A stretch of 64,000 nt of DNA from a virus (lineage: Duplodnaviria; Caudoviricetes), in IMG/VR virus record IMGVR_UViG_3300036958_000333, positions 192,001-256,000 of that record; one strand, 5' to 3'. The notes beneath the pieces were generated by a model that saw only the letters and a program-made list of their open reading frames with translations, was not told the DNA's origin and searched no databases. Made by a program: the position numbers and the translations under genes. The number at the start of each line of letters is the position of its first letter. Within the stretch, counting starts at the first letter, position 1. Of this stretch, positions 38,758 through 48,233 are shown piece after piece.

Positions 38758-40983
38758 TTAAAATAATATCATATCCCATTGTTTTGTTCCTACATCAGTT
38801 ATATATTCAGGTCTTTGTTGTAATTTTTGAAAAGAAAGATTATCTATATTAAATCTTCCAAAAGCATCATAACTATAATCATAACTAAAATATAAACTAG
38901 AATTATAAGCTTCTTTTGAGTCTTCATGAGAAGCTGAAACTAAAATTGCATTTTCATTTCTACTATCTGGATTATTATTATAAAAATTAGAAGAGTATGA
39001 TTCTATTTGTCCTGATGTTAATGTCGTCCATACTTTAACTATAGGATCATATTTATATAAATCACCTCTATTAGAATTAATATAAATTCCATTTTTTAAA
39101 GCATTCATTCCAAGTTCGGTTTTTGAAAAAGGAAGAGGACCATTTATTGTAATAAATGAAGGAAACTCAGTTTCAGACGATTCAGACAAACTTATAGGAT
39201 TAAATTCAAAGAAATCTTCTAAATAATTATTTTTTGAGTTTCTTAATATATAACCTTTATCTATATAACTAGTTGATTTCCATTTACAAGGTTTATTATT
39301 AGGATTTAATTTAATTTCCTTAGCATTTTTAAAACTATCCAAAGATATATCAGAATTAATATATCCTGAATTTATTTTGGACATTATAGTTTTATTTGTT
39401 ATATCATAATATCTTATAGACTGATCCATTATTTCCATATCAGATAAATCAACAAGTCCTCCAAATATAAATATTTTTCCAGTATCATAATATGGTATAT
39501 ATAACGTATACCAATTATATAATTTTCTTGTATTTAATGCGTTTTCTTTTAATATTATATTTTCAACAGATTTATATTTAGCAATATTTATTTCATTTAC
39601 ACTCTTAGACCATAAAATATATGAATCATCTGACCCACTTATTCCATGAAATCCTTTGTCATCTTTAAATGATATTTTAGTATCATCTATTAAAAAATCA
39701 TATCCAAAATTAAAAGTAGGGTGATTTAATTTCCACGAATTTGATCTTATAGAATATTCATTTATATTAAAATTACTAGAAACAGTATTTATATATCCTA
39801 TCCAAACAGATGGTTTTTCCATTACATCTATAGCGTTTGGTATATAATTTCCAACCCACGATCCATTTTCAGCTATAGCTTTTAAACCAATATGATATAA
39901 TCCACCACTTTCAAATGAAATATTTATATAACTTGTTTTAGGTATTAATTCACCAGATATTCCAGGAACATCCCATATATATTCTTTTATTTCAATATTA
40001 CTATTATTAGAAAGATCTGGTTCTGCTATTACTTGAATTTGTTCTGTTTCTGATTTGCATCTTCTTAAACTCCACCCGTTTGCATCTTCTTTTCCATCTC
40101 CAGCTATTCTTATATCTATTCTTACAGGAGATTGATCTATTACTCTTATAATATCTTTTAATAATATTCTGTCCGATCCAAATTCGTTTTTTACATATAA
40201 ACTTAAACTATAAACTCCTGAATTTTTAAACTTATATTTAATTTCTTTATTCCATGTTTTTTTTCTTTCAGTTTTAATTAATTTTTCGTTATTATAAATA
40301 TTAAAAACATACTCTTTAGTATCTATATCTAAAGAAACAATTAACTTAAAAGAATCTTGTATACATTGAAATACCCACTGTACAGTATTATCTAGTTCTG
40401 GAGAAAACCCCGGTCTTATTCTTGTAGTAGAATCTTTAATTGTTATATATTCATTTGTTAATAATACATTAGGATATACAAAAAACCAAGGCTTTGGTTT
40501 TCTTATATTAGAAACATAAAAATTTGTAAACCATTCTATAGTAGACTGATCATTGGTTTTTCTGTTTCCTACATATTTTTCTATATTTAATATTGCGTCT
40601 TTATTATAATTATGATTTTCAGCTACAACATTTTGTATTGCAATTGATCCTATTGGAAAATATATTATTGTTTGACCATCTAAAATTGTTACATTTTTAA
40701 GTTGATTATTTTTTTTTCCGTTATAATGAAATAAAGCTGCTCTATATTTTGCTTCTCCATAATTTTCTTTTAAATATATAGTAACATACCCGGAATCAGG
40801 CCAATTATCTGAATTATCTAATTCTATTACTCCTTCTCCATTTTGCCAATTATATGTATCTATATCATCTTTATCATATGGTTTAATTTCTTTTATTATA
40901 AAAGAATATAAGCTATCAACAACTGTTTTTAGTTCATATTCGGTATTATATTTTTCTGGAAACATTGATTTTTCTGGAATCAT
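38758..40983 (-). CDS. Virion structural protein (shared N-module, PKD-like domains, propeller-like C-terminus)
   Basis: VAENHNYNKDAILNIEKYVG; F.NSGVYSLSLYVKN, YIWD. Confidence 0.65.
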   Translation of the reverse strand: MIPEKSMFPEKYNTEYELKTVVDSLYSFIIKEIKPYDKDDIDTYNWQNGEGVIELDNSDNWPDSGYVTIYLKENYGEAKYRAALFHYNGKKNNQLKNVTILDGQTIIYFPIGSIAIQNVVAENHNYNKDAILNIEKYVGNRKTNDQSTIEWFTNFYVSNIRKPKPWFFVYPNVLLTNEYITIKDSTTRIRPGFSPELDNTVQWVFQCIQDSFKLIVSLDIDTKEYVFNIYNNEKLIKTERKKTWNKEIKYKFKNSGVYSLSLYVKNEFGSDRILLKDIIRVIDQSPVRIDIRIAGDGKEDANGWSLRRCKSETEQIQVIAEPDLSNNSNIEIKEYIWDVPGISGELIPKTSYINISFESGGLYHIGLKAIAENGSWVGNYIPNAIDVMEKPSVWIGYINTVSSNFNINEYSIRSNSWKLNHPTFNFGYDFLIDDTKISFKDDKGFHGISGSDDSYILWSKSVNEINIAKYKSVENIILKENALNTRKLYNWYTLYIPYYDTGKIFIFGGLVDLSDMEIMDQSIRYYDITNKTIMSKINSGYINSDISLDSFKNAKEIKLNPNNKPCKWKSTSYIDKGYILRNSKNNYLEDFFEFNPISLSESSETEFPSFITINGPLPFSKTELGMNALKNGIYINSNRGDLYKYDPIVKVWTTLTSGQIESYSSNFYNNNPDSRNENAILVSASHEDSKEAYNSSLYFSYDYSYDAFGRFNIDNLSFQKLQQRPEYITDVGTKQWDMILF

Positions 40984-40989
40984 ATTTTA

Positions 40990-42189
40990 TTACCCTATTA
41001 TTATAGAATCATTTAATTTTATATTATCATTACTTCTATTTATGTTATAACCTATTGTAGATTTTATTAATGTATTTGTTTCATTATATTTTTTACCTAA
41101 TATTAATTCTTCTTTTGAAATTATCTCATTTTGACCTACGACAATAGGTGTCCTAAATTTATATGTTTTTATTGTTTCATTATAATCAACTACCTGAAGT
41201 TCAGGCCAAAAAATACCTTCTTTAATATAAGTATGATTAATAATATGATTATATGATCCTTCTGTAATTTCAAAATTTCCGTCACCAAAATTCCATTTTC
41301 TTTTAATAACTATACCTCGAGTTTGATCTACAAATTGAACAGTTAAAGGAACACTACTATCATAATCTGGAATACCATAAGAATTAATACTAAGTTTTTT
41401 ATAATTTTGCGGATTTCTTGAATAAGCTATAACATCATAAACGACATTATTATCAAATACTTCTATATATTTATTTTTAGTTAAAAAGGATTTTTTTCCA
41501 CCGGTAGATTTAAGTTTTAAAGTAACAGTATAATTTCCTGGTTTTAAATAAGTATGACTGGTGTTTTTATTAAATTTTTCGTTTATATCAGATGATCCAT
41601 ATGGATCTCCAAAATCCCATTCAAAATCAATATATGGTTCTCCTATAGAAAGATTTAAAAAATTCACTAATAAAGGAGCATATCCTCTTCTTGGATATCC
41701 TATATACTTAGAACTAGGAGTAAACCATTTTATATCTAAATATTTTACTCTACTAGTTAATGTTCCATTAATATCAGGCAAATCTGAAATCAAACCAATT
41801 TTTTGTTCACATTTTATTATAGCATCACGAATAGAATTATGATGTAATGATGAAACACATCCAAGAACAACACTTCCAGAATTATGATTCATTGCCATAC
41901 TTCCATTAAATCCTCTAATTAAATTATAAAAACAATTAGAGGAAACATCTTTGTTTTTATAATATATTAATTCATCATTTATTCTTATAATTCCATATTC
42001 CGGAAAATGATAATTATCGTTAACATAAATATAATTACTATTAATATTTAATTTTGCCATTAATACAGAAATTGAATTGTTTTTAGCATTATGCAATGTA
42101 ATTTCATTATCCAAATCTTTAGGAAATATTGACAAATCACCAATTTTGTAATCTTTAATTGTATTTAATATTTTAGTGTTTTCGTTCAT
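40990..42189 (-). CDS. Virion structural protein with two PKD domains
   Basis: GYAPLLVNF...WDFGD...HTYLKPGNYTVTL and PLTVQF...WNFGDG...HTY; SLHHNSIRDAII..EQKIG. Confidence 0.75.
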   Translation of the reverse strand: MNENTKILNTIKDYKIGDLSIFPKDLDNEITLHNAKNNSISVLMAKLNINSNYIYVNDNYHFPEYGIIRINDELIYYKNKDVSSNCFYNLIRGFNGSMAMNHNSGSVVLGCVSSLHHNSIRDAIIKCEQKIGLISDLPDINGTLTSRVKYLDIKWFTPSSKYIGYPRRGYAPLLVNFLNLSIGEPYIDFEWDFGDPYGSSDINEKFNKNTSHTYLKPGNYTVTLKLKSTGGKKSFLTKNKYIEVFDNNVVYDVIAYSRNPQNYKKLSINSYGIPDYDSSVPLTVQFVDQTRGIVIKRKWNFGDGNFEITEGSYNHIINHTYIKEGIFWPELQVVDYNETIKTYKFRTPIVVGQNEIISKEELILGKKYNETNTLIKSTIGYNINRSNDNIKLNDSIIIG

Positions 42190-42222
42190 ATAATTCCAAC
42201 CTTATATTTAATTATATTTTCA

Positions 42223-42996
42223 TTAAATTAATCCTGTATTTCTAACTCGAGTTAATGATTTTTTTAAATCAGGATGTAAATTATCTATTAATGCTCTAAA
42301 TAATGGATTATATTCAACTAACATTTTTTGAACCTCTAATTGTAAATTTTTAAAATAATTTTCCGGAAGTTTTTGATAAGATTTATCTTGTTTTTCTTTT
42401 ATTTTTAATAAATCTGGACTACTAGTTATACAATAAAATACAGCTTCTGGATCTGGATCTTCTATATAAAATATAGCATTTATATCTTGTTTTACGGCTT
42501 CTAATTGTACTAACTTAGAAGGTTTATTGTTATAATATATTAATTTCCAATATTTTTTAACAGCATAAATATTTGCCAATTCACACATTTCTTTTTTTTC
42601 TCTAAAAAAATACTTTAAAATGTTTATATCTTTTTTTATAGCCTCCATCTGTTCTTTTTCAGAAGGATCGTTTATAAAAATAATAGAAGATGGATTAATA
42701 TTTATAGCTGTTAATCTTACTTTCTCAGAAGATTCAGTTACTTCTAAAATATATTTTATAGAATTTGGATATTTTTTAACAGCCGCTAATTGTATTTTTT
42801 CAGTTGGTTTCGATATATGCTTTATAACTCTTGGATTTGTTAAAATAGCCTTCATTTGTACTTTTTCAGAAGGATTAGTAATATATTGTATATTATAAGG
42901 ATCTCTATCAATTAATTTTAATTGTTCTTCTTCTGAAATATTATCGTATTTATTTGATTCACTTATTTTATTTATGTAATCATTAAACTTCTTCAT
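42223..42996 (-). CDS. Helical repeat protein (NPSEKVQL.AV repeats, DUF4116-like)
   Basis: Repeated I..PSEKVQ..A(V/I) units; paralog of 58178-58729. Confidence 0.7.
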   Translation of the reverse strand: MKKFNDYINKISESNKYDNISEEEQLKLIDRDPYNIQYITNPSEKVQMKAILTNPRVIKHISKPTEKIQLAAVKKYPNSIKYILEVTESSEKVRLTAININPSSIIFINDPSEKEQMEAIKKDINILKYFFREKKEMCELANIYAVKKYWKLIYYNNKPSKLVQLEAVKQDINAIFYIEDPDPEAVFYCITSSPDLLKIKEKQDKSYQKLPENYFKNLQLEVQKMLVEYNPLFRALIDNLHPDLKKSLTRVRNTGLI

Positions 42997-43525
42997 AAGT
43001 TATTCTTTTTTCATTTATTCTTTCACCTATCATTCTTATTAGTTCATTCCTTACCTCAGAGTATTTTGGTAAATCTAATATAGACTGAATTAGGCTTATT
43101 GGAGGAAATTGTCCAATTAAAACATATGATTTTAATTCTTTTTGAAATTTTTTGTTCCAATATTCCTCTTCTAATTGCTCCTTTTTAGTTAAATCTATCT
43201 TACCAACAAGATCTTTATATATATCATAAAATATATATACTTCTCTTTTAATATCTTCTATGATAATTTCAAATTCAGATATCTTTTTTAATACAATATG
43301 ATCTTTTTGTTCTTGTTCTAATAATTTATTATATTCTATTATAATATTTTCATATGATTTTATTCTGCTTCTTATCTCTAAAACACATTGTTTATATTTT
43401 CCATAATCTGTTGGTTGAGAATTTATAATAAAGTTTCTTATTTGAAATTCAGAATGTCCATAAGTTTCGTTATTTTTTGTATTATCTTTAAAATCTTTTA
43501 TTAAATCTTCAAATTCAATATTCAT
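42983..43525 (-). CDS. Hypothetical coiled-coil protein
   Basis: AGGAG SD, 180 aa. Confidence 0.7.
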   Translation of the reverse strand: MNIEFEDLIKDFKDNTKNNETYGHSEFQIRNFIINSQPTDYGKYKQCVLEIRSRIKSYENIIIEYNKLLEQEQKDHIVLKKISEFEIIIEDIKREVYIFYDIYKDLVGKIDLTKKEQLEEEYWNKKFQKELKSYVLIGQFPPISLIQSILDLPKYSEVRNELIRMIGERINEKRITYEEV

Positions 43526-43588
43526 TTAAGCGCTCCTATAAAAAAAAATATAAATATAAATAATAAAGAAAATAAAGGTATAAAATAT

Positions 43589-44137
43589 ATGACAAATAAT
43601 TTATCTGGATCAAGATGCTATATAGCAAGACCAATAGAATTTGCTAAAAATAAAAACATAAATTTTACTAAATTAGAAAAATTTTTAAAATTAAATAATG
43701 TCAAAATATTAGATCCTAAAAAAATAAAATTTCATGGAATATCTGAAATAAAAGATAGAAAAAAATTATTTAAAAACAACAATTTTGAAGAAATTAGATC
43801 TCAAATGAAAATAATAGTAAGAAAAGATCTAAGATGTGTTGATATATCAGATTTTATAATAGCATTTCTTCCAAAAGGGGTAAGAACAACAGGAACAATA
43901 CATGAAATAATAGAATCAGATAGACAAAATAAACCAACATTACTAGTATGTCCAGAAGGAAAAAAATATATACCAGCATGGTTTTTTGGAATAATAAAAC
44001 TTGAATATATGTTCAATTCAATAGATGAATTAATAGAATATTTAAATAAAATAAATTCATTAAAAGAAATTATAAAAATAGATGATAGATGGCAATTTAT
44101 AATAAAAGACCTTTTAGAAAAAGAAACAAATACATAA
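43589..44137 (+). CDS. Nucleoside 2-deoxyribosyltransferase / dNMP N-glycosidase-like protein
   Basis: CYIARPI, ILDP, DLRCVDISDFIIA, GTIHEI (catalytic Glu), KP. Confidence 0.75.
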   Translation: MTNNLSGSRCYIARPIEFAKNKNINFTKLEKFLKLNNVKILDPKKIKFHGISEIKDRKKLFKNNNFEEIRSQMKIIVRKDLRCVDISDFIIAFLPKGVRTTGTIHEIIESDRQNKPTLLVCPEGKKYIPAWFFGIIKLEYMFNSIDELIEYLNKINSLKEIIKIDDRWQFIIKDLLEKETNT

Positions 44138-44139
44138 TA

Positions 44140-44766
44140 TTAAGGAACATAAAATTTAATTGAAAAAAAAGACCATATTGGCGAATTAAAATCAAAAACA
44201 ATATTACCGTTTTTTCTAGAAATATTTGAATATTCTGGTTTTATTAAAGTTTCGTCAGAAACTAAAGTTTCTCCAGAAACTTTATTTATTAAATAAAAAT
44301 TTGATAAAATTATTTGATCTTGTGAATAATTATTTTTCTTAAAAAATAACTTATCTGACAATTCAATAATATTAATATCTAAACTATATGTTTTAATTTC
44401 GTTTAATTCTAACATGTTATATATTAAATTACTATCATAAGATTCTTTTGGAGAAGAAGATATTTGTATTGTTGCAGAACTTTTTTTCAAATTTGTAAAC
44501 TTAAGAATCCATTTTCCTGGAATTATATCTACAGGATCATATAATAAATTCTTAGATAATGTATAAATAGGATAAATAATAATATTTTCTGGAGTAAATG
44601 ATGTTTCTACAAAAATAGAACTTGTCTTTTTTAATAATTTAAATTCTATAAATCCTGTTTCTTCTTTTTTAAATGAAGAACATTTCCAATAAAATCCAGA
44701 ATATATCTTTTCTATTGTAAAATTAATAACAAAACCATATCTATGTATTTGAACATTATAATCCAT
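44140..44766 (-). CDS. Hypothetical protein
   Basis: 208 aa, coupled to the GT gene. Confidence 0.6.
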   Translation of the reverse strand: MDYNVQIHRYGFVINFTIEKIYSGFYWKCSSFKKEETGFIEFKLLKKTSSIFVETSFTPENIIIYPIYTLSKNLLYDPVDIIPGKWILKFTNLKKSSATIQISSSPKESYDSNLIYNMLELNEIKTYSLDINIIELSDKLFFKKNNYSQDQIILSNFYLINKVSGETLVSDETLIKPEYSNISRKNGNIVFDFNSPIWSFFSIKFYVP

Positions 44767-47700
44767 TTTTTATTCTATAATATTCTTCCACAACCATATC
44801 GGCCGTATCATCAGTATATAATTTATGTTTTTTAATAAAATCATGTCCTTTATTAGCTATTTCTAATCTTTCATCTTCATGGTCCAGATAATATCTTATT
44901 TTATCAATTAAATCATCACCTCCTGTTGAAAATACAACAGGACAATTTTCTTTTCCATCAGATTCAAAAAATGTTCTTGTTGCTATAAAATCATCTGTAA
45001 TAACAAATCCATTACAAGCTAATATCCAAATAGGCCTATCATTTAAACAATTAACTCCAAAAGTTCCATTTTTTAAATTAACCTTAACACCATCTCTTTG
45101 TTCATCGGCATTAAAATTAACCATAATTTTTGTGTTTTTACAACATATATTAAAATCTTGCATAGGTAATATACCATAATAATGAGGATCATAAGATTCA
45201 TCATAATATTCTTGTTTAAAATAAGTATCTGTAATTAAAGCTTTTTTCTGAATTTCTGATTTCCAAAGTCTGTTTCCATATATAGTAAAGCCAAAATCCT
45301 TTCCTACGCACGGTTTTATAAATTGATTTATCATATCTACACCTTTGTATTGAACTTGATATCCTCCAATATACGCAACATCACAATGATATAGACTAGA
45401 ATTATATTGATATGGGTAATGATATTGAGATGATGCATTTAAATGTTTAAATTTACATGGAATATTTTTTTCTTTTAACCATTCATATCCATATAATGAA
45501 TTTGTCCACACTTGATCATATTTTAAAAACTCAACTGTTTCCATTGTAGAACGACACGAATCCATATTAAAATGCCAGAAAATAGTTAAATTATCTTTTC
45601 TTTTTCTAAAATGTTCTACTCCTCTCCAGCAAGAATTAGAAAATATAATATCATATTCATCTGGATTCATTAAATCATAATTATATGTATCAAACATTTG
45701 GCACATATAAACATCTGATCTTGATTCAAATGAATTTTTTAACCAATGAACAACCTGATGTTCTCCTCCAATTCCATATTTATCTTCATAAGAAGAAACA
45801 CCACACATAGATAAAACAGCGACTTTTAGTCCATTCTTATCTTTTAAATTAAACTTATCGTCTTTTTTTAATATATCAATATCATATGTTATTGGATTAA
45901 TATAAATCTTACTATAATTAGATTCTAATATATTATCTCTTAAATCGTTTATATTAAAAGATGGTTTTATAAAATATAATAATTTTGTTTGAATAATTAT
46001 CATTTCTCCAAACAATATAATATCATAGTTTCTATGAGATAATAAAATATAACATAATCTATCAAATGAGTTAACATCAATTGGATTTATTATAGTATAA
46101 TTACTCTCAAGTTTTCTTATTATTTTTTCTATATCTTGTTTCTCATTAAAATCTATAATTTGTAAATTAGTATAGTTAAATACTGATTTTGGTTTAAATT
46201 TTTCACAAAAAACAGAAAATCTTATTTGATTATTTTTAATATTTAAATCAAAAACGTTATTTTTAATTATATTTTCTTTCTTTTCTTTTAAAATATCATC
46301 TTGTTCATTTTTTTCTATATCAATATAATTATTTGGAAAAGACTTTATAAATTTATCTCTTTCTTCTTTTCTTTCAAATATTATTGTGTTTGTTATATTT
46401 GGATTTGTTCTATATTTATTATTATTTAATATTAAATTATTCCATTCTAAATCTATATCTTCTTTAAAATTATTTCTTATTGAATAAAAACAAAAAGGAA
46501 CTCTAGAATAATTTTTTAAATTAAAATATTTTATAAATTCATTATCGCAAATACCATAAACCTTATTATTGTTTTGATTATCTATTAAAGCATAATGACA
46601 AATATTTAATCTTTCATTGTTATTAAAATAATCAAAAGTTTTTTCAATAAAATCATTTGAAACTATAATATTAGAATATAAAGAAACAATAATATTATCA
46701 TTATCAAAATAAGAAGATTTTAGAGATATATTATAAATATCATTAACAATATTTATTTTATTTATCTTAATATTATTTTTTTCAAATGTTTTTAAAACAT
46801 GTATTCTGTTATTTTTTAAACAATATACATAATATTTTATAATACCATTATATTTATTATCTTTAATACTTTTAAGACAATAGTCTAAAATATTAATATC
46901 ATTTATAATAATCACGAATGATATTAATTTTTTATTTCTTATTTCTAATATTTTGTTTTTATATTTTAATACCTTATTTAGAATAAAACTACAAACGCTA
47001 GAAAAAGAATTCTTTTTATAATAATCTTTCATATATTCCAAAGAATATAATTGTTTTTCATATATTAAATCTAAATTTGATAAATAAAACTTTAACTTTT
47101 CTGATAAATCATTTCCACCATCAGAATATTCAATACAATCTTTAAATAATTCTTTTTGTTCATCGCTATTATCTGTAATAACAAAACATCCATTTTTTAC
47201 AAGATCAAAAACCCTATTATTTATAAAACCAAGATTTAACTGGTCAGGTGAATTAAAATTAATAAATATTTTTGCTAAATCAGAAATATTATAACAATAA
47301 CTTTTGTCTAAAATACCACTATAATAATATTCATATAATTTAGAAAAATATTTTGAATCAAAAATTCCTTTTTCAAATAATTTTTTTTGCTCATCAAATA
47401 ACCATTTTCTTCCACCATATATTTTGAAATTATAACTCATACATGGAATAAGAAAATTATCTATTTTTTCTTGTGTTTTATATTCTGGATTATAATTTCC
47501 AAGATATATTATATCAATTTCTTTTTTAGACGGATGAATTATATCATTTAATCTTTCATAATAAGGAAACCCAGGAAACTGCAAGTATTCTGATATTATA
47601 TTATCTTTAATTAATTGTTTGTGTAATAATAATGAAGAACTAAAATAAATATCATACTTATTTGAAATAATACTATTAATATCTTTACCAAGATTTTCAT

Positions 47701-47929
47701 TAAATAACCAAGTAGCCCAAATAGACTGCTTTTTATTAGAAATATTTATTGGATGATTTAATGATAAAATAAAATCATAATTGTTATTTAAAATATCATC
47801 TGTGTTTCTTGTAATAATATCAACATTATGTCCTAATGTATTAAATTCATTCTTTAATTGTAAACATATTTGATCTTCTCCTCCTATAGAAAAATCAGAT
47901 AAAGGAAATGATATTATTAAAATATTCAT
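44756..47929 (-). CDS. Multidomain glycosyltransferase (two GT-B/CgeB-like modules flanking a GT2-like domain)
   Basis: GGE....L, DI.Y.G.Y, KI..NFN, NNRVF/NDRPI...GFVITD and Y+L....ER occur twice; central ISFVIII. Confidence 0.8.
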   Translation of the reverse strand: MNILIISFPLSDFSIGGEDQICLQLKNEFNTLGHNVDIITRNTDDILNNNYDFILSLNHPINISNKKQSIWATWLFNENLGKDINSIISNKYDIYFSSSLLLHKQLIKDNIISEYLQFPGFPYYERLNDIIHPSKKEIDIIYLGNYNPEYKTQEKIDNFLIPCMSYNFKIYGGRKWLFDEQKKLFEKGIFDSKYFSKLYEYYYSGILDKSYCYNISDLAKIFINFNSPDQLNLGFINNRVFDLVKNGCFVITDNSDEQKELFKDCIEYSDGGNDLSEKLKFYLSNLDLIYEKQLYSLEYMKDYYKKNSFSSVCSFILNKVLKYKNKILEIRNKKLISFVIIINDINILDYCLKSIKDNKYNGIIKYYVYCLKNNRIHVLKTFEKNNIKINKINIVNDIYNISLKSSYFDNDNIIVSLYSNIIVSNDFIEKTFDYFNNNERLNICHYALIDNQNNNKVYGICDNEFIKYFNLKNYSRVPFCFYSIRNNFKEDIDLEWNNLILNNNKYRTNPNITNTIIFERKEERDKFIKSFPNNYIDIEKNEQDDILKEKKENIIKNNVFDLNIKNNQIRFSVFCEKFKPKSVFNYTNLQIIDFNEKQDIEKIIRKLESNYTIINPIDVNSFDRLCYILLSHRNYDIILFGEMIIIQTKLLYFIKPSFNINDLRDNILESNYSKIYINPITYDIDILKKDDKFNLKDKNGLKVAVLSMCGVSSYEDKYGIGGEHQVVHWLKNSFESRSDVYMCQMFDTYNYDLMNPDEYDIIFSNSCWRGVEHFRKRKDNLTIFWHFNMDSCRSTMETVEFLKYDQVWTNSLYGYEWLKEKNIPCKFKHLNASSQYHYPYQYNSSLYHCDVAYIGGYQVQYKGVDMINQFIKPCVGKDFGFTIYGNRLWKSEIQKKALITDTYFKQEYYDESYDPHYYGILPMQDFNICCKNTKIMVNFNADEQRDGVKVNLKNGTFGVNCLNDRPIWILACNGFVITDDFIATRTFFESDGKENCPVVFSTGGDDLIDKIRYYLDHEDERLEIANKGHDFIKKHKLYTDDTADMVVEEYYRIKNGL

Positions 47930-48017
47930 AATATATATATAAGATAATATTTTATTAAAAAAAACATATAAATATTAATAAATATATTTAAATATTTTTA
48001 TTTTAAAAGGAAAAAAA

Positions 48018-48233
48018 ATGAGTATTAAATTTAGAGAATTTTTAGATAATACAAAAACAATAGAAGATAATTTTGATAAAAGTAAAATAGCAAATAGAAT
48101 AATAAATTCTATTAAATCAAGATTGTTTTCACTATCAATAAATGACTTAGAACATATAGAAAACACTGTAAATTCTTCTTTACAAAATAGAAGAATTAAT
48201 ATAGCAAAAATGTCAAAATTTAATCGTTATTAA
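48018..48233 (+). CDS. Small hypothetical protein
   Basis: AAAGGA SD; N-terminus MSIKFREFL. Confidence 0.55.
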   Translation: MSIKFREFLDNTKTIEDNFDKSKIANRIINSIKSRLFSLSINDLEHIENTVNSSLQNRRINIAKMSKFNRY

